Source: Polyangia bacterium
Lineage (GTDB): Bacteria > Myxococcota_A > Polyangia > JAAYKL01
DNA length: 24,190 nucleotides
Reading direction: 5' to 3'
Assembly: GCA_050287845.1 (NCBI GenBank)
Contig: JBNKCR010000090.1
Coordinates: 1 to 24,190, forward strand
In this document: piece by piece, positions 1 to 7,889 of the stretch
How the letters are laid out: each line of letters opens with the position of its first letter
How positions within the stretch are numbered: position 1 is the first letter of the stretch
Made by a program: the position numbers and the translations under genes
Notes under the pieces: generated by a model
Database searches by the model: none
What the model saw: the letters and a program-made list of their open reading frames with translations, nothing else
What the model was told of the DNA's origin: nothing

Positions 1-150
1 CAAATAAAGAAGTGGACCAGAAGAAAAAAGGAAGCGCTCATTCGCGGCGATTTTGATGAACTGAAGAATCTCGCCAGCAGAGCTAAACTGTCCCGCGCGG
101 ATTCGAGACACGCGCAAGCGCGTTCCTCACCACAGCGGGACTCTGACTGA
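1..150 (+). CDS. GIY-YIG nuclease family protein (UPF0213/YhbQ-like), C-terminal part; 5' end lies outside the window
   Basis: Frame 1 from base 1 reads QIKKWTRRKKEALIRGDFDELKNLASRAKLSRADSRHAQARSSPQRDSD* (TGA 148-150). QIKKWxRxKKEALI is the typical C-terminal motif of small standalone GIY-YIG proteins. Absent from the ORF track because the start is upstream of the window. Confidence 0.8.
   Translation, partial: QIKKWTRRKKEALIRGDFDELKNLASRAKLSRADSRHAQARSSPQRDSD
90..141. repeat. REP-like imperfect palindrome / long hairpin
   Basis: GTCCCGC (90-96) pairs with GCGGGAC (135-141), GAG (105-107) with CTC (126-128), and ACGCGC (110-115) with GCGCGT (118-123) around an AA loop. Confidence 0.6.
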
Positions 151-286
151 GCTGGGGTTTTTTTCCTGTATCTTCACCACTTTTCCCTCAAATTGTCGCT
201 TTACTGCACAAATACCGGGGTAATTCTTTTTGCACAGCTTCTAGAAACCGCTTAAACACAACGATTCAGAACACCTCGAATAGCTC
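143..286 (+). repeat. 144-bp repeat, copy 1 (inverted relative to copy 2 at 24047-24190)
   Basis: Base-by-base comparison with the reverse complement of 24047-24190 gives 141/144 identity, with mismatches at 159, 176 and 241 and no gaps. Confidence 0.97.
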
Positions 287-293
287 CGAATAC

Positions 294-590
294 ATGCTGA
301 TGTACGCAACTCAAAAGTATGCATCCGGTCGACGACGAATTGTGTTTGGGAGTGTCCTGTTGGGGCTGGCGGTTGTCTGTTTTGCGGGGGCCGGAATTAT
401 GACTCACATGATTCTTAAATATGATGACAAATCCAACCATGAAAATATGGGCAATCTATTGCCTGCATCCGCATTCCTGCTGGGGGGTGGGGCGACAGGC
501 GGCGGGATTACGCTGATAGCTTCCGGGGTGCGTCGGAAACGGACATATGGCAGATGGCGAAATCGGCTGGATGCCCTGGTTTATCACTGA
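294..590 (+). CDS. Small hypothetical membrane protein with two hydrophobic segments; possibly 5'-truncated
   Basis: 98-aa ORF with IVFGSVLLGLAVVCFAGAGIM and LLPASAFLLGGGATGGGITLIASGV, each next to a basic cluster. No clear RBS. The ATG is 7 nt after the end of the 144-bp repeat. Confidence 0.5.
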   Translation: MLMYATQKYASGRRRIVFGSVLLGLAVVCFAGAGIMTHMILKYDDKSNHENMGNLLPASAFLLGGGATGGGITLIASGVRRKRTYGRWRNRLDALVYH

Positions 591-886
591 ACGATGGTGA
601 GGAGGCGACCGGGCGCCATCGCCAACAATCATTCCATTGTGGATGATCAGATTGCCGGCACTACCGAAACCATGCGTCCGGATGCGACGGGTATTGCACA
701 CAATATGGGCTGTGACTGTCCGTCGACGGATCAGTTGGGGAACTCCAGAGGCAACCCATGCACCGCTGGCGCGGTGGAGTGAATTGCTCATCATTTGTTT
801 CTCAAAGGGTGAAAACGTCCAACAATCTATAAATATTGTGTAGCTGTCGCCGAAGATCTGTATTGAAAGGATTGGGGTACTCTGCA

Positions 887-2503
887 ATGAATACAAGCCT
901 GCGTCGACGGGAAATTCCGGAGGCTGTCAAACGAAAAGTGTTTGTCATGGGGGTAGTGTATGCGGGTTGCCTGGTGCTGCTTCTGGGTGCTGTTGAACTG
1001 GCGATATACGCTACTCTGAGTTCAATGATAGATGATGAGATGGACACGACCCAATGGATGGAAATGAAAAGTATGTCGGAGCGGCTGAGCAGTCTGCTGG
1101 CTCGGCAGCAGAGTGATTTTCTGATAGTCGGAACGTCTGAAGCGATTGCCAGATGTGTTGAGTTTCGAACGGTGGAAGACTGCCAACCGGCGATATCCCT
1201 CATGACAACCGCAATGAAAGTGGACGGGAATATCGATCACATGCGGGCAATTGATACCTCCGGAATGGAAATCGCCCGGGTGAACCGGAACTCCGCCAAT
1301 CGGTTGAAAGTGGTGGCGGCACAGGACCTGCAGTCCAAAAAGCACAGAGGGTATGTGAAAGAGGCGTTGAAAACCGGCGAACAGCAGATTTATATTTCCA
1401 GAATAGACCTGAATATTGAAAACGGACAGATAGAATTGCCCCACAAGCCCGTTATTCGTTTTGGCAAGGCGGTTCGTTCCGACCAGGGAAGGCTCCTCGG
1501 TTGCTTTGTGGCGAATTATCGCGCTGAGAATTTAATGGGGCGGTTATCCGCTACCGTGCTTCACACCAGAGACAGGTGGTATCTCGTCAATGAAAATGGC
1601 CATTATCTGCATACAGATAAGACTGCCAAAAACTTCAGTTTCATGTGGCCTGAACGCCGGCACATCGGATTTTTCAATGACTATCCGTCGGTGTGGAAGC
1701 AGTTTGGGAAAGACCCGTCACGACCAGTGACCACACCTGCGGGAAAATTTTATCTGTCAACGATTTCTGTAACAGAGGCGACCATCGAGGCATCGGTACC
1801 CAGAAAATGGATATTGGTGATGCACGTACCGCCATCTGTTGTATCTGCTTCTTACCGATTGCTTCTGATGGGGTTGCTTGCCGGAGCGATTGTTTTATTG
1901 CCAATCCTCGCTATCCTGGGCTGGAAAATTGGCAGCTACAGGGTGACACATCGCTGGTACGTTCAGGAGCTTGCTATCAGTGCCACCACAGATAGCCTGA
2001 CAGGACTTCTCAATCACCGGGGTACTGTGGATGCGATTGATAAGGCGTTGGCGACTGCCAACCGGCGAGAAAGTTCGCTGGCGCTTGTTTTTGTTGACGT
2101 GAATGACCTGAAACTGACCAACGATGCATTCGGGCATCGCAAAGGAGACCGGTTGATTGTGGGCACTGCGAACGCACTCGCGGGATCGCTGCGCCAGACG
2201 GATATTGTGGGGCGGTTGGGCGGAGACGAGTTTGTGGTCGCGTTGATAGATTGCGATGAACGTCAGGTGGAGGCGGTAATGGCGCGTGCTGAAATTCGCC
2301 TTGCGCAGCAGGGGGTTACTGAAACCGGGTCCCCGTGGACCATGAGTTGGGGGTACGCTTTCCGCAGGGAAAATGATACATTCGACCGGATGATGGCCCG
2401 TGCCGACCAGCAGATGTACGCCCACAAACGCGCGCTGAAAATGGCTCAGCCACGCCGGTCACGAAATGGGGGAGATACGCACCCACCGGAAATCAAATCC
2501 TGA
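887..2503 (+). CDS. Membrane-bound sensor diguanylate cyclase (TM - periplasmic Cache-like domain - TM - GGDEF)
   Basis: TDSLTGLLNHR, FVDVNDLKLTNDAFGHRKGD and LRQTDIVGRLGGDEF give an intact GGDEF A-site and RxxD I-site. The periplasmic region contains YISRIDLNIENGQIELPHKPVIRF, typical of dCache-type sensors. ATG 887 is preferred over the track start at 836; ATG 947 is also possible. Confidence 0.92.
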   Translation: MNTSLRRREIPEAVKRKVFVMGVVYAGCLVLLLGAVELAIYATLSSMIDDEMDTTQWMEMKSMSERLSSLLARQQSDFLIVGTSEAIARCVEFRTVEDCQPAISLMTTAMKVDGNIDHMRAIDTSGMEIARVNRNSANRLKVVAAQDLQSKKHRGYVKEALKTGEQQIYISRIDLNIENGQIELPHKPVIRFGKAVRSDQGRLLGCFVANYRAENLMGRLSATVLHTRDRWYLVNENGHYLHTDKTAKNFSFMWPERRHIGFFNDYPSVWKQFGKDPSRPVTTPAGKFYLSTISVTEATIEASVPRKWILVMHVPPSVVSASYRLLLMGLLAGAIVLLPILAILGWKIGSYRVTHRWYVQELAISATTDSLTGLLNHRGTVDAIDKALATANRRESSLALVFVDVNDLKLTNDAFGHRKGDRLIVGTANALAGSLRQTDIVGRLGGDEFVVALIDCDERQVEAVMARAEIRLAQQGVTETGSPWTMSWGYAFRRENDTFDRMMARADQQMYAHKRALKMAQPRRSRNGGDTHPPEIKS

Positions 2504-2524
2504 AACTGAGATGTCGGTCGCGGT

Positions 2525-2839
2525 CTATAGATTTCCGGCGATACGCTCGATAATCATCTGTTGAGAAAAGGATGGCGATACAAATTCGAATCCTTCATAT
2601 TCCTCGGTGGACCATACCCGTTTACCAGCGATGACTGTGGTGATGGCGCCGGGAACCAGATGTAATTCCAGATTGCAAATTGGGGTTGATGGCAATGCGT
2701 GGGGTTCCTTTTTAATTTTGATGCCTGTGGGGCTGACGTCGTCGACTTCGCAGCAGTCTTCTTCAATACCGGATTGTCGGGTCACCTGTAAATCGACCTT
2801 TCGCCTGATGGCGCGACGTCGCTCTGTTGATTTTATCAT
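2525..2839 (-). CDS. Single-domain PilZ protein (c-di-GMP receptor), 104 aa
   Basis: ERRRAIRR (RxxxR) and DVSPTG (D/NxSxxG) motifs, plus a C-terminal VWS...GFEF strand. RBS GGAGGT precedes ATG 2839, so the start is shorter than the track start at 2992. Confidence 0.85.
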   Translation of the reverse strand: MIKSTERRRAIRRKVDLQVTRQSGIEEDCCEVDDVSPTGIKIKKEPHALPSTPICNLELHLVPGAITTVIAGKRVWSTEEYEGFEFVSPSFSQQMIIERIAGNL

Positions 2840-2996
2840 TTTTACCTCCATGCTGTCCCACATGGTAATACATGTAGGGGTGGATTTCAAAAATTTGTCC
2901 AAAAAGAAAATCAGATCGTGAATACAATGCCGCTTACAAATTTTATGAATGGTTTGAAAGCAGCGCAGGAAAACTGGCGGGCTCACTGGCAAATGA

Positions 2997-3101
2997 AAGG
3001 TTACTGATATTATATCTGAAATTACGGTAGCCAGTCAGGAACAGGCACGGAGCATCGAACAGATGAACAAGGCAATGGTGGAAATGGATCAGGTGATTCA
3101 A
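2997..3101 (+). pseudogene. Methyl-accepting chemotaxis protein fragment (C-terminal signalling/methylation helix)
   Basis: Translates to KVTDIISEITVASQEQARSIEQMNKAMVEMDQVIQ, matching the MCP pattern VxDIIxEIxxASxEQxxGIxQxNxAxxxMDQVTQ. It follows an in-frame TGA (2994-2996); the frame continues with unrelated residues to TAA 3210-3212. Confidence 0.8.
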
Positions 3102-3422
3102 TTACCGGATGCGATCACAGACATTTATGAGCATTGCACTGCCCGGATTAATTTTCCTGAACTGATCATTTTTTTCACCCTACTTGGCGTCATTATTTCC
3201 ACATATATTTAAATTGCGAATGGTGAAAGCCATTTTTTTGTCTGCGCTGGGGGAGGAGCCGTCTGCAAAACCGGAATGGGAAGTCTGCGTAGATGGCTGC
3301 ATGTGCAATGAATCGGAGAATGGGCGGATTTGATGTTTTCCGGTTTTTTTATCGCTTCCGGATGCGTATCCGGTAAGTATGATTTGGTAGAATTACCATT
3401 CAATTTACAGGGAGGACACTAA

Positions 3423-4592
3423 ATGTTTGTATGGATACGATGGATTATTTTGGGGGTTTTAATGATGCTGGCATCATGTGGCAGTGTTGACAACTCAGAA
3501 GGGAGCTCGGACTCTGATTCAGATTCAGATACCGACACGGATACCGATACGGATTCCGATACAGATACCGACACGGATACCGATACGGACACCGATACCG
3601 ATGCTGATGGCAGCTGTCAGTACGAGTGTTTGCCCCATTGTGTATCCTGGGGTGGCACCATGATGGAAGGCACCTGTGATGACAATCTGCGCTGTTGCGA
3701 GGGAGCGGAAGCGTCCGATACGGACTCGGATTCGGATACGGACACCGATACGGACTCGGATTCGGACACTGATACGGATACGGACACCGACACAGACACA
3801 GACACCGATACCGACACAGATACGGATACGGATAGTGACGGTGATCAGTCGGCAGGATGTGGAAAGACACCGACGATGACCAGTGGAAATGGCAAAACGA
3901 TTAATGTGGGTGGATCGAATCGCTCTTATAATATTCGTATCCCTGATGATTATGATAATACGCACCCTTATCGTCTGATGATGGCCTATCACTGGATGGG
4001 CGGGACAGCAGATAACGTAACCAATGATAATTATTATGGATTGTGGGATCTTTCCCAGGGAAGCACGATTTTCGTTGCCCCCCAGGGAGTCGGTAATGCC
4101 TGGAGCAATGGCGGTGGGAGTGATGTCGAGTTTTCCCGTCAACTGATTGCCCTGATGGAAGACGAGTTCTGTATTGATACATCGCGCATTTTCTGTGAAG
4201 GGTTCAGTATGGGCGGGTCCATGTCCTACGCCATGGCCTGTGCCATGGGCGATGTGATTCGCGGTGTGGCCGTGCATTCTGGTGGCCCCATGAGTGGCTG
4301 CGAAAACCCCCACTCGGATCCTGTGGCCTATTTCATGACCCATGGAACCAGCGACAGTGTATGCACCTATCCGGGATTCGGCGTGCCGCAGCTGGAGGAT
4401 TTTGCGAACATCAATGGATGCACAGCCCGTAGCATGCCAACGCCAAACGGCTCCGAACATTCATGTGTGGACTGGGAGGGATGCTCCGAAGGATACCCCG
4501 CACGGGCCTGTATCTTCAATGGAGACCATCAGTGGAACCCTGCCGGCAATTGGGTATCCGGTGAAACCTGGCAATTCATTTCTCAATTCTGA
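3423..4592 (+). CDS. Lipoprotein alpha/beta-hydrolase (feruloyl esterase/CE1-like, LpqC/PHB-depolymerase-like) with D/T-rich linkers
   Basis: RBS GGGAGG; signal peptide with lipobox LASC (Cys19); nucleophile motif GFSMGG; HGTSDSVC (Asp); GDH (His); SAGCGK, IFVAPQG and FCIDTSRIF segments typical of this esterase group. Confidence 0.88.
   Translation: MFVWIRWIILGVLMMLASCGSVDNSEGSSDSDSDSDTDTDTDTDSDTDTDTDTDTDTDTDADGSCQYECLPHCVSWGGTMMEGTCDDNLRCCEGAEASDTDSDSDTDTDTDSDSDTDTDTDTDTDTDTDTDTDTDTDSDGDQSAGCGKTPTMTSGNGKTINVGGSNRSYNIRIPDDYDNTHPYRLMMAYHWMGGTADNVTNDNYYGLWDLSQGSTIFVAPQGVGNAWSNGGGSDVEFSRQLIALMEDEFCIDTSRIFCEGFSMGGSMSYAMACAMGDVIRGVAVHSGGPMSGCENPHSDPVAYFMTHGTSDSVCTYPGFGVPQLEDFANINGCTARSMPTPNGSEHSCVDWEGCSEGYPARACIFNGDHQWNPAGNWVSGETWQFISQF
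3507..3608 (+). repeat. Coding (Asp-Thr/Ser)n hexanucleotide repeat, linker 1
   Basis: Degenerate GAY-ACN/TCN tandem units encoding SDSDSDSDTDTDT...DAD. Confidence 0.95.
3714..3845 (+). repeat. Coding (Asp-Thr/Ser)n hexanucleotide repeat, linker 2
   Basis: Degenerate GAY-ACN/TCN tandem units encoding SDTDSDSDTDT...DSDGD. Confidence 0.95.
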
Positions 4593-4871
4593 TTTCGTGA
4601 ATCCACGCTTCGGATATGTCACACATCGATTCCGCTAATCTCAATGCACATTTTTTTCTTTCTATAATTTCGACCGGACAAATCTCTGTGCGGCCAGGGT
4701 GAGAATCCCGGGGATGGGCACAGAGGATATGAAATCAATGTGCAGATTTTTTTTTACGAGTCATAATTATCGTTTACACCGATGTTCGATTTGGAAAGGG
4801 ACCGACTGGATTCAGCAGTGGGGGAGGAGGGGCGGAGGAAGAGTACGGGCGAATATCGATTTTGGGGGGAT

Positions 4872-7310
4872 ATGTTTTTTCAAGAAAGACGCATTCCTGA
4901 ATGTGCACTCGCTCTGAGCTTGATTTTACTGGTTGCCGGGTCGGCGCTATGCGATGAGCTGTCAGTGAGCACTATCAGGGCTGCGGTGTTGACTGATTTC
5001 CCACCATTGTATCAATTGGATGAAGATGGTCACCCCGACGGATTTGCCATTGATGTGCTGACGTATGTGGCCCGCGACGCAGGAGTGGATGTGCAGTATG
5101 TGGAAGCGGAGAATTGGGCGGAGGCGATGCAGCTGCTGCGCGACAACAAAGCAGACTTGATACCGGGAATCGGTATCAGCCCGGCGAGAAAGCGGGAATT
5201 CGATTTTACATCTGAGATGGAAAGCGTTCCGGTGAGTTGTTTTGTTCGAGCGCAGGATGAACATGTGAAACAGATTAAAGACCTCGCTCAACATCGTACG
5301 GCCGTGATTCGGCAAAGCGCTGCCTACACACACCTGAAAAAGCGTCCGGATATTCCCCTGGTTCCTTTCAGTACCATCGAAGGCGCGTTGTTTGCACTGC
5401 TGTCCGGCGAGGTGGATGCCTTTGTTTTCCCGGGACCGGTTCTTGAAAAAAAAGCACGGCAAATCGGTGTGGATGATCGGATCAAGACGGTTGGAAAGCC
5501 GCTTATCGATTTAAAACGCGGCTTTATGATGCCGCGGCACAGAGCGAAACTCGCTTCATTTCTGAATCCCACTATCAGGAAACTGATAAAATCACCGGAG
5601 TATCAGGAGATGTACCTGAAATGGTACGGAAAACCGGAATCCTTTTGGTCTGCAAGACATATTTTCTACCTGATGGCGCTGTTACTTTCGGTCTCCGTTA
5701 TTGTGCTTGTGCTGTGGCGAAGTGTGTCACTCACACGAATGAATCGTCGGTTGGCCGAACATATCACTCGCCTTCAGGCCTCTGAAAAGGCGTTGACTGA
5801 TCAGCGGGAATACCTGCGGACACTACAATCCAACCTGCCGGATGCCATGTTCCTCTGTGATCCTCTGGGGCGTTTTATTGATGTCAATGTTCGCGCCTGT
5901 GAAGCACTGGGCTATTCCCGGGAAGAGCTGCTCCAGATGACGGTGGTGGATGTGGATACCGGGTACGAGGCGCCGGAACAGGTTCAGGAACAGTGGCGCC
6001 ATATGGTGTCGGGGGAGCCCATTCATTTTGTGGGGACCCATCGCAGAAAGGATGGCAGCACGTTTCCGGTGGAAATCAATGCCTGCCGGTATGATAAGAA
6101 TGGGGAGAGTCATGTGATTGGGAATGCGCGAAATATCAGCGAGCGTGTTCGGTTGGAGGAGGAGGTGACACAGTCCCATAAAATGAACGCCATTGGTCAG
6201 CTGGCTGGTGGCGTTGCCCATGACTTCAACAACATTCTGGCGGGCATCATGGGATTCTCCGAGCTGTTGATGGATGAAATTCCCAAAGGGGGCCGTGCCG
6301 AGAAGCATTTGAATTTTATTCTGCAGGCCAGTGAGCGCGCCCGGTCATTGATACGGCAGATTCTGACATTCAGCAGGCGAGAAACAGAGAGAATGGGTCC
6401 GGTATCGCTGCATGACATTGTGGACGAAGTGCTGGCGCTGTTGAGAGCGTCGCTGCCGTCATCGATTCAGATTGAAACCATTGTGGATACGCAGGTGCCA
6501 ACCGTGATGGCGGACAGTGTGAAAATACATGAAGCGTTGATGAATCTTGCCACCAATGCCGTGTACGCCATGAAGTCGAAGGGCCAACTGACCGTATCGT
6601 TGTATCGGGAGGAAACGAAGGCACAGGTTCAGGGGGTGCATGGATGGGTGGAACCCGGCGTGTGGTCGGTGATTTCGGTGAGAGATACAGGAGAGGGAAT
6701 GACGGACGATACCATCAAAAAAATGTTTGAACCGTTTTTTACGACAAAGCCGGCCGGGGAGGGCACCGGAATGGGATTATCAGTGGTGTACGGGATTATG
6801 CGTTCCCACGGGGGGGACATCGTTGTGGAAAGTACTCCCGGGAATGGGAGCACATTTTCTCTCTTTTTTCCGGCGTCGAGGCAGCCGGACAGTGTACCGG
6901 CAGACCCGGTTGACTGTGAATCCGGTGGCAACGAGCGAATCCTTTTTGTGGACGACGAAGAAATGCTGGTGGAAATGGGCGAACATATGATGTCTTCGCT
7001 TGGATACCGCGTAACGGTTACCACCGATGCAAACGCTGCCCTGCAGATGTTCACTGCTTCCCCCTGTGAATTTGATCTGCTGGTCACCGATCAGACCATG
7101 CCGACGCTGACGGGAATTGAACTGATAAAACAGATTCACAAGGTCAGACCCGATATTCCGGTGATTCTGTGCTCGGGCTATTCCAGCGCCGTCGATGCAG
7201 CCGATTCGCGGGACCTCCGTATCAGCGCCCTGGTGCCAAAACCATATCGGAAACGGGATATGGGAGAAGCCATTCGTCGGATTTTCGATGACTGCAACCG
7301 AAACACTTGA
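4872..7310 (+). CDS. Hybrid sensor histidine kinase (periplasmic solute-binding family 3 domain - TM - PAS - HisKA - HATPase - REC)
   Basis: DFPPLY...DGFAIDVL solute-binding fold; PAS region VNVRACEALGYSREELL...HRRKDGSTFPVE; H-box AGGVAHDFNNIL; N-box NLATNA; G boxes DTGEGM, FEPFFTTK, GTGMGLSVV; receiver ILFVDDE...LVTDQTMP...KPY. ATG 4872 after GGGGGA is preferred over 4782. Confidence 0.93.
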   Translation: MFFQERRIPECALALSLILLVAGSALCDELSVSTIRAAVLTDFPPLYQLDEDGHPDGFAIDVLTYVARDAGVDVQYVEAENWAEAMQLLRDNKADLIPGIGISPARKREFDFTSEMESVPVSCFVRAQDEHVKQIKDLAQHRTAVIRQSAAYTHLKKRPDIPLVPFSTIEGALFALLSGEVDAFVFPGPVLEKKARQIGVDDRIKTVGKPLIDLKRGFMMPRHRAKLASFLNPTIRKLIKSPEYQEMYLKWYGKPESFWSARHIFYLMALLLSVSVIVLVLWRSVSLTRMNRRLAEHITRLQASEKALTDQREYLRTLQSNLPDAMFLCDPLGRFIDVNVRACEALGYSREELLQMTVVDVDTGYEAPEQVQEQWRHMVSGEPIHFVGTHRRKDGSTFPVEINACRYDKNGESHVIGNARNISERVRLEEEVTQSHKMNAIGQLAGGVAHDFNNILAGIMGFSELLMDEIPKGGRAEKHLNFILQASERARSLIRQILTFSRRETERMGPVSLHDIVDEVLALLRASLPSSIQIETIVDTQVPTVMADSVKIHEALMNLATNAVYAMKSKGQLTVSLYREETKAQVQGVHGWVEPGVWSVISVRDTGEGMTDDTIKKMFEPFFTTKPAGEGTGMGLSVVYGIMRSHGGDIVVESTPGNGSTFSLFFPASRQPDSVPADPVDCESGGNERILFVDDEEMLVEMGEHMMSSLGYRVTVTTDANAALQMFTASPCEFDLLVTDQTMPTLTGIELIKQIHKVRPDIPVILCSGYSSAVDAADSRDLRISALVPKPYRKRDMGEAIRRIFDDCNRNT

Positions 7311-7889
7311 ATGGCTATACCCCGAGGCAAATATGAGAGGGGGACATTCCCCTTCGATTGCGAGGCTGTTATGTTTTGGCCCCATCGGGAAGAGTTGAAT
7401 GGGGATTTTGAAAAAAGCCGTTGCCGGTGATTCGCTGCGGATTTCGACGAAGGTGTCACAATACCCATGATTGTGTTTAACTGATTAAAATTATTTCATT
7501 TATTTCAATTGATGGATTCTGACCCCCCCCGTTGGGCCGGGTGGGACGGCTGGTCGCAGGAATGGGAATTGGGCCGGAATCTGGCCAATCTGGCGCGAAA
7601 TCCACGCATTCTTTCGATGGGCGCTGGCGACGTCGGGCCGTACAAGTGCTTAAAAACGCGTTCTTTTTGTGGAATGTTGCCCGACGGGTCGGTTCAATCG
7701 GCTGCCTGGGGTAATGGGGAATCAGTTGGTCATGACTCACTCCATGTCATTCAGACCCATCCCCGGCAGGGGAATAAGCAAAAAAAGTAAATTATTTCAA
7801 TGGGTCAGACCTGGTCGCTGCTTTGCACCGGAGACGTTTCGATGAATTATCTGGGTTCGCAATGGAATTTGCGACGGAAAGAGACTCCG

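Noticed and set aside
594..896. Short ORFs 594-782, 637-843 and 456-896
   Set aside because: They overlap each other and show no motifs or convincing coding signal.
2900..2996. YKFYEWFESSAGK reading upstream of the MCP fragment, faintly like a CZB domain
   Set aside because: It lacks the His/Cys zinc ligands and is in a different frame; too weak to call without BLASTX.
3445..4460. Low-complexity alternative-frame ORFs (IRIRI, SVSVS, YPYRC) and a possible CRISPR or VNTR reading of the tandem repeats
   Set aside because: They are alternative frames of the Asp-Thr linkers. Third positions vary synonymously, and there is no repeat-spacer structure and no cas gene.
7311..7889. Long intergenic region examined for a riboswitch, sigma-54 promoter or small gene
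   Set aside because: No c-di-GMP riboswitch core or correctly spaced GG-N10-GC consensus promoter was recognised, and the short ORFs lack RBS or motifs. Only a weak hairpin near 7337-7355 without a U-tract was seen. An Rfam scan would be needed to exclude an RNA.
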